Source: Octopus vulgaris (Eukaryota). From it: a DNA stretch of 64,000 bases. The stretch covers positions 36,394,001 through 36,458,000 of the forward strand of contig OX597837.1 in NCBI GenBank assembly GCA_951406725.2. Reading direction: 5' to 3'. The notes under the pieces are model-generated. The model was not told the DNA's origin. It saw only the letters and a list, made by a program, of their open reading frames with translations, and searched no databases. Positions 28,241 through 41,675 of the stretch are shown here, in pieces. Both the position numbers and the translations under genes were made by a program. How positions within the stretch are numbered: the first letter of the stretch is position 1; every line of letters begins with the position of its first letter.

Positions 28241-28905
28241 CCGTTTATGTCTGAGAAAGTCCCGGGATGTTCGCCGCTGTGTCGAGATGTCCCAGGACCT
28301 GCCAGAATAAACCACGATTGCTCACAATGTTCCTCGTTGTGTTAGATTATATTAGAATGTTATAGGAATGCGTAGGGTGTCGCATGATGTTACAATGTGT
28401 TCCATAATATTCCAGAACAAGATAGAATGTATCAGAAAGATACACAAAGTCCTAAGATGCCCCACGATTTTCTAAGATGTCCCAGGTCTCACAGGATGCC
28501 AAAATGTTACAGGAAGACCTATGATGTCCTATCATGTCCCACGATTTCCCACGTTAACCCATGATGTTTCGCAATGGCTTCAGAATGTGCCACAATATTG
28601 TTTGATTTTACAGAAATATTTAGAATATCTCACGACATAATGTCCCAGGACATGCCAGAAAGTACTAGAATCCCATTGGGAGTGTTATGATGTACTACGA
28701 TGTCCCAAAGTATCTCACGATGTTTCAGAATGTTCCATAATGTTCCAGGATATCTCAGAAAATCCTAAGACGTCCTACAATGCCCCCACAATGTGCCAGA
28801 ACATAGCAGGACATTGCAGAAAGTGATGAAATATACTGCGATGTACTAATATGTACCAAGATGTCATGAGGGATCTTGCGAGGTCTTACGATGTAACAGA
28901 ATTGA
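28241..28905. repeat. Cryptic degenerate 10-bp tandem array
   Basis: e.g. 28691-28780 tgtactacga/tgtcccaaag/tatctcacga/tgtttcagaa/tgttccataa/tgttccagga/tatctcagaa/aatcctaaga/cgtcctacaa. Confidence 0.75.
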
Positions 28906-29329
28906 CAAATATGACACTTTGAGCTCCATACGAGCAAAAATCATTGAATCAACAAGAGGCTCAACGAAAGAACAGCCATGTGTACCAGCAAAAGGGACCG
29001 CTATGGAATCTACAAGGGAACAGGAGAGCTGGTATCTTACCCACGGGAGAGCCTTATCTTAACCACTGGAGAGTTTATCTCTTAACCACCAGAAATTTTG
29101 TATTTTGTCAACATGGAACCAACGAGACCTAATTTATGATGGTGATTTAATTTGTCAACATGGACGCCTCTGCTGAGTCGATGACCTCCTTCATTTTCGA
29201 GGGATTTAAATCTGTGTGGTCATTCGGCTTGCTGGAAATAACAGTAGACAAATCTCGCTATATGTTTTTTTTTTCTTTGTCTTTAAAAAAAAGAAGAATA
29301 CATTATATACTAACTGACACTCCGTCAAT

Positions 29330-29620
29330 TGCGACGGCGAAGAACAGCATGTTCAACGGAACAGCCTGCTCGTAAGATTAAAGTGCAAGTGGCTGATCAT
29401 TCCACAGACACGCGCACCCTTAATGTAGTTCTCAGGGAGATTCAAGATGATACAGAATGTGATAAGGCTGACCTTTTGAATTACAGGTACAACTCATTTT
29501 TACCAGATGAGTGGACTGGAGAAACGTGAAATAAAGTGTCTTGCTCAAGGACACAACGTGAAGCCGGGAATCGATCGTGAGACGAACAACATAACCACTA
29601 AGCCACGCGCTTTCACTAAC
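29330..29620 (-). mobile_element. Group C SINE (body 2 plus tail type 1)
   Basis: aacggaacagcctgctcgt tail and gtgaaataaagtgtcttgctcaaggacac body; second copy at 40295-40550. Confidence 0.75.
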
Positions 29621-30009
29621 ATAGTGGATGATTTAGTCCTTGGGACAATATAGTGAAATAAAGTTGATTGGAATGACTTCTGTCATAGACCTACGTGCTG
29701 GAGCAAGGTTGGCCGTAGACGAAACAGCAACAATAACAACAGTAATATGGGAGTGCACGGTATGGTCAGTAACAAGGGAGAGGCATGGAATCAAACAATC
29801 CTGTGGATGGAAGCTAGACAAACTGGGACCAAAAGAATGAGAAGTACTCGGTGAGAACGATTTCAAGTCAATACCAAAGAAAAAAAGAAAGAAATATAAA
29901 AAAAAATCTCTCAAATTTCTCAGAAACTATATGAGAATGTGACGTATAATTGAGAGTTCCAAGTGTAGCTCTAACTGATTTAGGCTGTAGTTTGGTAGGG
30001 TAAACTCTA

Positions 30010-31278
30010 AGAAAGATACATCAATTAGAAAGCATTTTTTTCCTTCATGATCACTGACAACTATATCTGGCCTATTGGCCACAATTTCTAAATCTGTGTG
30101 TATTGGCATATCCCATAGTATTGTTGCATTCTCATGTTCTGTGACCTTTTCTTGCGTGTGCCTATGCCATCTTTTTCCGGTGTATGTAGGTACCAACTCT
30201 GTCGTGTCTGTGAATATATTCCTTCTTAGCCAGGACTGGGCAGCCAGAGATAATATGATTTATTGTTTCTTGTCCATCTCCACATATTCTGCAGTTACTT
30301 GTTATGTTTCTTTTTATTATATGTTTTCGGTAATTTCTGGTGGGGAGGCTTTGGTCTTGTGCTGCAATTAAAAATCCCTCTGTCTCTGCTTTGAGTCCTG
30401 AGCTTCTCAGCCATTGCTGGGGTTTTTCTTTGTTTCTTTTGCGTTTAGTTTAGCCCAGTATTTGCCATGAAGGAGCTTTTCTTGCCATCGTTTTACCATG
30501 ATCCGTTGCTGTTCTAGTTTTAGTTTGGATTTCCTTTGTTTTACAGCTTTTGTGGTTTTTGCTTCTTCTTCCTACTTGTTAGGTACTATGACTTCTTGTT
30601 TGTATTTGTCAGCTTCCTTAAACACTGAAAACATTTGTTTTTGTTTTGCACGTGTTTTGTGGCTATTTGTATTAGTTTTCCTTGCTTCTGAAGTAGGTAT
30701 TTTTGAAGTCCTATGGTGGTTATTTTGTAATAGTTTTCTAGCTGTATAAGGCTTCTATCACCTCCGATACTTTCTATATATAGCTTTGTATGTCAGATTT
30801 TGGGTGGTGCATCCTAGATCCTGTCATTATTTTTCTTGTTTACCTGTCTATTTTGGTTAGTTCATTTAGTGTCCAGTTAAGAATATTGTAGCTGTAACTT
30901 ATAACTGGGACGACTAAAGAGTTGATAACTATTATCTTGTTTTTAGCATTGAGCTCTGTTTTCGGTATTAATCAAACTCGTCTACAGTATTATTTTCTTA
31001 TTTTCTCTTTCATTTGTGTGTGTTGTATCGTATCTAGTTCATTGATTCCTAAATATTTGCATGCCTGGCTTTGGTCTAATTCTCTTATTTCATTTGCTTT
31101 ATCTAGTGTGATGCTGCTTCTCTTAACTATTCATCCTCTTTTCAAGGTTGCTTTGGCACATTTCTCTAATCGAAATTTCATATTTATTTTTTTGGCAAAT
31201 CTATGTACTGTCTGTAGTAACATTTCCGTGGCTGATTGTTTTGTCGTAACAGTTGTATCCGCATCCAGTTCTCTTTAG
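30010..31278 (-). mobile_element. R4/Dong-like LINE relic: RT C-terminus to restriction-like endonuclease
   Basis: Minus-strand fragments KYLGINE, TELNAKNKI, MHHPKSD and ILWDMPIHTD..ANRPDIVV..KKCFLIDVS; many stops and frameshifts. Confidence 0.85.
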
Positions 31279-31282
31279 CATG

Positions 31283-31338
<56 letters not shown>

Positions 31339-31342
<4 letters not shown>

Positions 31343-31778
31343 TAGTTTTATTTTTATAGTGTGCTTTCACTTCACTACCCAGCGCAGCTCTGTGTGCCTT
31401 GGGTATGTGCTGTGATTTGTTGTGATGCTCTGATGGTTATTGTATGGAAAGTGTTCTGCGTAGGATGTGTGCAGTGCCTAGTAGTGCAATTTTCTGTATG
31501 TTATATGTGTTTGTAAGTCCTGGTGTTTTTGTTATGTATTTGTCTGAATATTTTTTTATCATGCCTAATGCACCTACTATGATAAGAATTGTTTGTTTTC
31601 AGATTCCACATTCTAGTTACCTCTATTTCCAGGTCTTTGTATTTTGAGAGTTTCTCCATTTCTTTTAGAGACACGTTGTCATCTGCCGGTATTGATACAT
31701 CAATTAGAAAGCATTTTTTTTCTTCGTGATCTCTGACAACTATATCTGGTCTGTTGGCCTTAATTTCTCTATCTGTGT

Positions 31779-31780
<2 letters not shown>
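31339..31780 (-). mobile_element. R4/Dong-like LINE 3' end inside (TAA)n
   Basis: HTDREIKANRPDIVVRDHEEKKCFLIDVSIPADDNVSLKEMEKLSKYKDL (PD..D RLE motif); (att)n on both sides. Confidence 0.9.
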
Positions 31781-31870
<90 letters not shown>

Positions 31871-32397
31871 GAGTGAGAGAGCAGTTCATGCCATCAAACT
31901 GACACTGGGGTAAAATATACGAAGCCCAATATACCCATCATGACTACCCGTCTGATAAGGGTACACTAGGCACATGCATCACAACCATATGTGCGCGACA
32001 TGGTGATCTCATATCAAGACAAACAGCGCATGACCTTGCAGGTGGGGCCCAGTTAGAATTTTCTTCAGGTTGAGTAGCCACTCCCGCTCAAAAGGTCCCT
32101 GAATAAGGGTTGTTTAAGGATGTTGAAAGAACCACCCATGTTTCCAGAGGTGAATTATTCAAACCCCAAAGAATCCCTCTCAACACATGGCTATGATGCT
32201 CCCCCACTACTTCTACTCATGATCAGAGATGCACATATCGTCAGCCACTAAGGGACATGCTCAACTGGTTAAAGTCAAACAACTGACGGTATTGAGCAGA
32301 ATATTTGCTGTAGCCCATCTTTTATACCAAGACAAAACAATGTACATGATAACACTTCCAATCAGTTAAGATCATAAGCCATGAGAGCCACTGCCTG

Positions 32398-32398
<1 letters not shown>
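31871..32398 (-). mobile_element. Unclassified ~530-bp interspersed repeat, copy 2
   Basis: Colinear with 13270-13818; (att)n on both sides. Confidence 0.7.
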
Positions 32399-32454
<56 letters not shown>

Positions 32455-32456
32455 AT

Positions 32457-32965
32457 GGCGAGCAGGTAGAATCGTTAGCACGTCAGACAAAATGCTTGTC
32501 GCCCTTTCTCCCAGCTTTACGTTCCGAGTTTCAAATTCCGCGAAGGCCGACTTTCACGTTCCCCCTTTCGGGGTCGATAAAATAAATACCATTTGAACAG
32601 TGTGGTGGATATATATGTTGTTTGTTCCTTCTCGAGCCATGCCTGGCTCATAAGGGCCGGTTTCACGGTTTCCTTGGCGTATAGGTTCCTTCACAGGTGA
32701 GCTGCAAGATGCAGGAGGAAAGAGAGAGAGAAAGATGTGGCGGAAGACTCAGCAGAAGTTCGCCATTATCTTCTGCCGGAGCCGCGTGGAGCTTAGGTGT
32801 TTCGCTCATAAACACACATATCGTCCGGTCTGAGATTCGAACTCGCGATCCCTCGACCGCTGCTCTAACCACTAGGCCATGTGCCTCCACAGTGTGGTGG
32901 ATGCAATCGACTGACCTCTCCACACTACCACCTCCGCCAATAAAACCGTTGGCCTTGTGCCAGAA
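32457..32965. mobile_element. Group A SINE (+) interrupted by group C SINE (-, 32620-32890)
   Basis: cagtgtggtggat duplicated at about 32598 and 32890; minus-strand head gtggaggcacatggcctagtggttag. Confidence 0.8.
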
Positions 32966-33834
32966 TCCGTGACCATCGCTATTTTTCATTATTTTTATTT
33001 ATTCTTTCTTATATTCGATGTCCATGCTTCTGCTTGGCATTCGGGAGTTTAAGTAGAAGTATCGACAATTTGATAAATGAAACGAACTGCTTTAACGCCC
33101 CTAATTCCATGTTTTCAAATTGATTCTCCAAATATACAAATCCGACTTTCCACGGACAGTGGTTATCAACGATAATTGTTACTTAGGACATTCTTACGGA
33201 CGTACGTTTAGCGTCAATAACATGCTCGACTGATGATTGGTGACTGATGATTAATCAAGAGAAAAACAGCCGATAATAACCCCAACCCCCTGATTCGTAA
33301 TTGAACAAGGCCAACAAAGCATTGATTAAAGTAAGCGGAGCCGCCATTTGTGAAGTAAAAAAGAAAGAAGCGAGAAAGATGACGTGAGAAGAGAAGAGAC
33401 GGATTGATACAAAACGGGGATCGGAGAAAACGAAAATAGAAAAGACGTATTGTAACGCGCGTTTAACCTTGATTGATATTGTTCCGTAAATAGTAATAAA
33501 TTGAGATTTTGTAATTCGAAACCAAAACTTCATGATTATTTTAAGTTGGTTTCTTGTAGTCGTCTTCCAATTACTCTCCGTTTTATATAATGTTTATTCA
33601 TTTCTTTTCATTTTTTTTTTTTCTATTTCACTTTTTTTTTCTTTTTTCGTTTTCCTTTAAACATTCGAGAATTCTAGTAACTTTCAATTTATTTTCACAC
33701 GGTTTTTACATCCACCATTTTTCTTAATGGAATGAAAAGATGTCGGCAGCGATTGATTTCTTTTTCCTTCCTTTATTTTCTCTATATTTTTTCTGGTCTT
33801 TTTTGTTTTGTTTTGTCCTCTTTTTTTTTGCCTG

Positions 33835-34270
33835 TTACTTGTTTCCGTCATTTAACTGTGGCCATGCTGGGGCACCGCCTTGATGAAATTTGAGTCGACT
33901 GAATCAACCCTGGTACTCATTTTTTTTCTTAGACCTGTTACTTATCTTATTGGTTTCTTTTGCCGAACTGATAAGATACGGGGACGCAAACACACCAACA
34001 CCGGTTGTCAAGGTGTATCAGGGACAAACACAGATGCACGCACGTGCATACATACACATATATATAAGTCCATCGCATGTATATGTATGTGGGGTTGCGC
34101 GTGCGCGATGTGCTTCTTTTAGTTTCCATCTACCAAATCCTCTCACAAGGCTTTGGTCGGTCCGAGGCTATAGTAGAAGACACTTGCCCAAGGTGCCACG
34201 CAGTGGGACTGAACCCAGAACCATGTGGTTGGGAAGCAAGCTTCTTACCACACAGGCACGCCAGCGCCTA
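33835..34270 (-). mobile_element. Group B SINE
   Basis: Reverse complement of 24651-25048. Confidence 0.85.
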
Positions 34271-34378
34271 TAATATAACATATATGTGTATGTCTAAATG
34301 CACACACGCAGACACACACACACACATACACACACACATACACACGTGTGTGTGTGTGAGCACATAGGTGCTAAACAG

Positions 34379-35070
34379 TGTTGTAGGGAATTAGTAATAA
34401 TGGTACACCCCTCCTGCGTGACGAATAGAATGACCTAGTCACTATAAGTAAAGAGAAGTACATGAAGTACCAGAGTACGTAGTAGGTGGTCAGAGATAGT
34501 CGTGTCTTTACTGGTTTTACTAAGTATACTGTACGCCGAAGTGGGCGTTACAATAAACTGACATTTTTAGGATTATAACAGTGGCGACGAGGATTTAAAG
34601 AACTCACGAGAAATTATTAAACTCGATGAGGATTTGATGGAAGCACTCCGTCGGATCCGACGGCGAGGGTTCCGGTTGATCCGATCAACGGAACAGCCTG
34701 CTCGTGAAATTAACGTGTAAGTGGCTGAGCACTCCACAGACACGTGTACCCTTAACGTAGTTCTCGGGGATATTCAGCGTGACACAGAGAGTGACAAGGC
34801 CGGCCCTTTGGAAATACAGGTACAACAGAAACAGGAAGTAAGAGTGAGAGAAAGTTGTAGTGAAAGAGTACAGCAGGGATCACCACCATCCCTGCCGGAG
34901 CCTCATGGAGCTTTTAGGTGTTTTCGCTCAATAAACACTCACAACGCCCGATGAGGATTTAAACAACCCATGAGAAGTGAACAAACTCACAATGTTTCGT
35001 TGTGTGAAATTTACGAAAAAAAATCGTAAAAATTAAGGAAAATTTGTTGGCCGGTTTGCTCGGGTTGCAA

Positions 35071-35102
<32 letters not shown>

Positions 35103-36335
35103 GCAATTATTATTACAGCAACAAATGCTGCAATCAAAGAAATCGTCAGGAAATTCAGAAAAAAGTGTTCTCGTCAGACTATGTCGCGAACTCCATAACA
35201 GAGTTCAAATACGAACCTGATAAAGGAGTTACATTAGAAGTATACTACAGAAGATCTCAAAAATCTTTGAGAGAGAACGTAAAGATTGGAACGACGAGAT
35301 GAAAACGCGCTTAATCTTAAGAAAAATGGCAACAGAACATGAACGATACAGTAATTATGTACTCCCAAGAAAACCTTCGGACATAAATTTTAAAGACACA
35401 ATAGATTTATTGTGTAAAGTTTTCAGTGAAAAGAGTTCATTGTTCAACAGACGTTAGAAGTGTCTGAAACTAGAGGAAAATAACGTTGAGGGATACATCA
35501 CATATGCTGGTAGAGTAAACAGGGAATGCGAGAAGTTTAAGTTGGACGAATTAATGCCAGATATGTTCAAATGTCTGATTTTTACACTGAGACTTACTGC
35601 CGAAAAGGACGCAGAAGTTAGAACTAGAATTCTCGCAAAGCTTGAACAAAACCAGGATGTGACCCTACAGCAAGTGTCTGAAGAATGTGAAAGGATAGTC
35701 AAATTTAGACACGACGCAGAGGAAATTGAACATAAAGATTGTTTCTAAGTGAAGCAAGTACGAAATAATCAGAATAGAAATAAATGCAGTTGGACACTGG
35801 GAGTGATATCACCATTATAAACGAAAAAAACTTGGAAATATGTCAGTAAACCGAAGTTAATTTAATCGATAAACGTAGCACAGTGTTACGGGAAAGAGAT
35901 TATATTTTTTCGCTGAATTTGTATGTAATCTAACATTTCTAGGTCAAACAAAAAAGGCAAAGAGATATGTGTTAAAAAGTTCACTTAGTTTATTAGGCAC
36001 AGAGTGGATGAAACTGTTCTAGTTGTGGAATACGCCAGTAAATGTTTTGAGCAGAAATATAGTCGGTTCATTCGAAGGTTCGAATTCAACTGAAGGACTG
36101 AAACAAAATGTCTGCTCTAAGACAGAGTGGGATACCTGTATGTAAGCCAAAACAAAATAAAAAATTGCCCAAAATTAAAAGTAAACACTGTTCAAAACTA
36201 GATGTGTCGTGGTCGAGACTATACATCAATTTCGCTGTTCCTTTAAATAATTCTTACAGGTCAGTGGTAGTTGATAGTTTTTCAAAATGGCCTGAAATTT
36301 GTAGGTGTAAAAAAACAATGTGCAATGGCGAAACG
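34379..36335 (+). mobile_element. Internally deleted Ty3/Gypsy LTR retrotransposon
   Basis: LTR TG..CA at 34379-34580 with aataaa; PBS tggcgacgagg at 34582; gag-like FKCLIF..DAEVRTRILAKLEQ; protease MQLDTGSDITI near 35784; integrase WSRLYINFA..VVVDSFSKWPEI; no RT/RNaseH or 3' LTR seen. Confidence 0.85.
34636..34948 (-). mobile_element. Group C SINE in the Gypsy leader, 12-bp TSD
   Basis: Near-identical to 9230-9542 reversed; TSD cgatgaggattt at 34624-34635 and 34949-34960. Confidence 0.9.
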
Positions 36336-36392
36336 TAAAAGGGAACAAAATATTCATACGCATTTATATCTTAAATTTTACAAAACATTTCT

Positions 36393-36790
36393 AGGAGTGG
36401 CTGAGTGGTAAGTAGCTTGCTTCCCAACCACATGGTTCCGGGTTCAGTACCACTGTATGACACCTTGCTCAAGGGTCTTCTACTACAACCTTGGACCAAC
36501 CAAAGCATTGTGAGTGGATTTGGTAGAGGGAAATTGAAAGAAACACATCGTATATATGTGTGTGTGTTTCTATGTATTTGTGCGTGTGTTGTGTGTGTGT
36601 GTGTTTGTGTATGTTCCGACGCTTGACAACCGATGTTGGTGTGTTTGCATCCCCATAACTTAGCGGTTCGGCAAAAGAGACTGTTAGAATAAGTACTAGG
36701 CTTACAAAGGATAAGTCCTGGGATCGATTTCTTCGACTAAAGGCGGTGCTCCAGCAAGGCCGCAGTCAAATGACTAAAACGAGTAAAAGA
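36393..36790 (+). mobile_element. Group B SINE
   Basis: Head, (TG)n and tail as in 24651-25048; further partial copies at 37325-37465(-), 44310-44500(-), 48603-48810(-). Confidence 0.85.
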
Positions 36791-37135
36791 GTACATGTAT
36801 GTATGTGTGTGCGCACGTACTTGTGTGTATGTGTTTGTGTGTATGTGTTTGTGTGTGTGCATGTATCTATGTATGTATATGTAGGCATGTATATGTATAT
36901 GTAAATACATATTTATGTATATGTGTGTGTGAACAATTAGGTAAATATATAAATGCATATACATATACACACACCAATATACGTATGTATATGAATATAA
37001 ATACGTATCTATCTATCTATATATGTATATAATCAACAAATAAGGGTGAGAAAATTGGATACTAATTTAATAGTACATCCATTTAACACCAAGTGGCTTA
37101 GTGCATAAAAACCCGGAATACGATAAATTTTATAC

Positions 37136-37216
37136 ATAAATATAAGAGAGTAACCACTGTGTGGTCGATTCTATGTGCTAGAGTTGACCACAAAGTGGTT
37201 ACTCTCTTATATTTAT
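37136..37216. repeat. 38-bp-arm hairpin with 5-nt loop
   Basis: ataaatataagagagtaaccactgtgtggtcgattcta tgtgc tagagttgaccacaaagtggttactctcttatatttat; 35/38 Watson-Crick pairs plus 2 G-U. Confidence 0.9.
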
Positions 37217-37231
37217 ATCTATATATCTATA

Positions 37232-37324
<93 letters not shown>

Positions 37325-37551
37325 TTTACTCTTTTACTTGTTTCAGTCATTTGACTGCGGCCATGCTGGAGCACCGCCTTTAATCGAGCAACTCGACCCG
37401 GGACTTATTCTTTCGTAAGCCCAGTACTTATTCTATCGGTCTCTTTTGCCAAACCGCTAAGTAACATATATGTATGTATGTATGTATATATATATATATA
37501 TGCATATATATATATATATATGTGTGTATATATATATGTATATATATATGC

Positions 37552-37597
<46 letters not shown>

Positions 37598-37887
37598 CTA
37601 CAAACACACACACACACACACACACACGTACGTTCGTGCATTCTCAGTCGTCTTATTCTCTTTTCAAGAGGAAACTACATTCGACGAATCTCTTAAGCAA
37701 CTTCCTCTCCCTTTCGTCATATCTCTCCTGCATCTCCTTCACCTCATACCTTCCTCCCTCATCTTCTTCTTCTTCATCATCTTCTCCTTCTTTCTCGTTT
37801 TCTTGTCTTCCTTATCTTTCTTTTTTCTTTTTCTTCTTCTTCTTTCCCCTCCTTTTCTTTTCCTTGTTTTTTTCCGTAGCCGTCACT

Positions 37888-37924
<37 letters not shown>

Positions 37925-38126
37925 CAAATACCACCACCACCACCACCACCAGCTCCACTAAAAGCAACAACAACAACAACAACAGCAACAACATTGCTAC
38001 CTACATCATCATCAAACTCGTCGTCGTCGTCGTCATCATCACCTTCATCACTTCCACCACCACTACCAGCATCATCATTATCATCATCATCGCTACCACC
38101 CTCATCATCATCATCATCATCATCAC

Positions 38127-38170
<44 letters not shown>

Positions 38171-38171
38171 A

Positions 38172-38221
<50 letters not shown>

Positions 38222-38689
38222 CAATCATCATCACAACCACCACGACCATCATCATCATCAACATCATTATCATCATCATCATCATCATCGTCATCAACAT
38301 CATCATCATCATCATCATCATTATCATCACCATCATCATCACAATCATCATCTTCTACCCACCTCGTTCCTAATCATCCGCAGCACCAAATAAATGCCCC
38401 TCACTAGCAGCGCCCTCTCTCTTCACCAGTAAAGCGGTTTAGAACTGTTTGGTGCACCGGTACCTTGGAGGTGGTGGTGGTGGTGGTGGTCGGGGATGGA
38501 GCGCAGAGTGTTTTTTTTTTAATTATAAATGAACAGGAAGAGGATGTATAACTCTATCTTTGGTCTACGGCAGCTGTAGTTCTTTGAACGCAAGTGTGTA
38601 TATGCATATATGTATATATGCTTGTTGTGTGTGTGTGTGTGTGTGTATGTATATATATATATGTGGGTGTGTATGTATATATATATATA

Positions 38690-38746
<57 letters not shown>

Positions 38747-39158
38747 ATATATATATATGTATATATATGTATATATATATGTATATATATATGTATGAAT
38801 GTATGTTTGTATATATATATATATATATGTGTGTGTATATATTTATGTACATATATATATGCATGTATATATATGTGTATATATATATGTATGTGTATAT
38901 ATATGTGTGTGTATGCATGTATGTGTATATATATATACATACATTTATATATATATATTATAATATGTATTTATATACAAAGATACACTTTAAAATACAT
39001 ATATGCACATATGTATGTGTGTATATCTGTATAAATTCGTCATCCATGTATTCAATATAAAGATATTTATGTTTACATTCTCTATGTTATATATATCACA
39101 AATAATATAATACTCATGTCTATCTATCTATCTATCTGTCTATCTATCTATCTATCTA

Positions 39159-39192
<34 letters not shown>

Positions 39193-39563
39193 ATCTATCT
39201 ATCTATCTATCTAACTATCTATCTATCTATCTATCTATCTATCAATCAATTTATACATGCATTCATATATATGTATGCATATGCATCTATACATTTGTAT
39301 TATGTTTGTGTGTGTGAGTATGTATGTACCTACCTGAATATATATTTATGTATGTTTATCCCACTGTACTTGTGTGTTCGTGCGATGAGACAGAAAGCGA
39401 TGTTTTTCTATTTAAGCGTTTATAAAAGCACAAAAAGAAATAATTATACTAATATGTATATATATATATAGCCGTGTGTGAGCATATACATATATACATA
39501 CACATATATATACGCATACATATATATATATATACATATATATAAATATATATATATATTTAC

Positions 39564-39604
<41 letters not shown>

Positions 39605-40728
39605 TATAAATATATATATATATTTACAGATATATATATATATATACATTTATATATTTGTTTTGTAATTTACATATATAAATACACACACAAGCACACA
39701 CGTACTACCCATAGATAGTCTGTCTTTCTCTCTCTCTCTCCCTCTCTCTCTTTCTCTCTCTAACTCCTTCCCTTCCTTCCTCTCTCTCTCACACACACAC
39801 ACAAATGTCGTCCGGTCAATAAAAGTTATTCAACATCCTTACATATTACATCAATCAATAACATTTATTTTCTCTCTTTGAATTAAAAGAAAATCTTTAG
39901 AAATGCAATGACGTAGCCAGGTCGGTGCTGCCACCTCCCAGCTACAACCGAGCTATTTTCATACATTGTTGTTGTTTTTGCTGTTGTTTAAGACGGTGAG
40001 CTGGCGAAATCGTTAGTACACCCGGGCAAAATGGTTCACGGCATTTCGCCTGTTTTTACGTTTGGTTTTCAAATTCCACCGAGGTGAAGTTTACCTTTCA
40101 TCCTTTCCGGGTCGATAAAATAAGTACCGTATATATATATATATATATATATATCGCTCCTGTAACGGGAAATTGTACGAGTTTTAACACTAGACGAATT
40201 GATGGGAATATATTCTCTAACGCCTAGAATCGCAGCCTGCCCACGAACTGACAAAACACATACTTTGTGCATGTGTGTTTGGTATTCTTTACATCGGAGC
40301 ATTGTGTCGGTTACGACGACGAGGTTCCCAGCTGATACGATCTACGGAACAGCTTGCTCGTGAAATTAACGTGCAAGTGGCTGAGCACTCCACAGGCACA
40401 TGTACCCTTAGTCTAGTTCTCAGGGAGATTCAGCGTGACACAGAGTGTGACAAGGCTGGACCTTTGAAATACTTGTACTACTCATTTTTGCCAGATGAAT
40501 GGACTTGTAGCAACGTAAAATAAAATGTCTTGCTCAAGGACACACCGCGTCCCTTACCTGGATAATATTTACCTGGACAATATTTCAAATGTTGCTACAT
40601 CGATGCCAGTATACTCGCCTGAACGCTTAACCGTTAACAGAACCGAGAACAGTGAAAAAGTTTTCAATGAAAAATAAAATATTGCAATACAAATGTATTA
40701 CTTTCCAGCTAATCATATTTACGATAAC

Positions 40729-40766
40729 AATCGAATTTGAAGAGTCCGAAACCCGGGTAATCGATT
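40729..40766 (+). ncRNA. Ultra-minimal hammerhead-like motif
   Basis: aatcgaat-TTGAAGA-gtcc-GAAA-cccggg-TA-atcgatt. Confidence 0.4.
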
Positions 40767-41021
40767 ATCCGATTCTGTCTTGTCTATTTATCTAATGTTA
40801 TTCCTGGAGGTAAGACGAAATTTTTATGTTCGCTGCCCTCACGCGTCTTTGCCAGTATATACACAGGGAAGCTTTACTATAGCGTCGTAAATTTATCGAC
40901 TGCTGCATCCAGCAAATATTGGTGCCTTGTTGTACACCTACTCTCTCTCTCTCTCTCTCATATATATCTATCTCTCTCTCTCTCTACATATATATATATA
41001 TATTTATACGCATATATATAT

Positions 41022-41209
<188 letters not shown>

Positions 41210-41224
41210 TATTTACCTTTTTAG

Positions 41225-41675
41225 GGCAGCGAGCTGGCAGAAACGTTAGCACGCTGGGCGAAATGCTTAGCGGTATTTCGTTTGCCCTTACGTTCTGAGT
41301 TCAAATTCCGCTGAGGTCGACTTTGTGTTTCATTCTTTCGGGGTCGATAGAATAAGTTGCAGTTGCATACTGGGGACGATCTAATCGACTGGTCCCCTCC
41401 CTAAAAATTTTGGGCCTTGTGACTAGAGTAGAAAAGACTATTTTTACCATTTTGAAGGCGGTGAGCTGGCAGAAACGTCAGCACACCGAGTGAAATTCTT
41501 AGCGGTATTTCGTCTACCCTTACGTTCTGAATTCAAATTCCGCCCAGTTCGACTTTGTCTTTCATCCTTTCGGGATCGATAAATTAAGTACCAGTTACGC
41601 GCTGGGGTTGATGTAATCGACTGGTCCTCTCCTCCAAAATGTTCAAGGCCTTGTGCCTATAGCAGAAAGGATCAT
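41225..41675 (+). mobile_element. Two tandem group A SINEs
   Basis: Heads at 41225 and 41457; further copies at 13975-14085(-), 39991-40128(+), 42878-43080(-), 50912-51090(-), 53198-53395(-). Confidence 0.85.
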
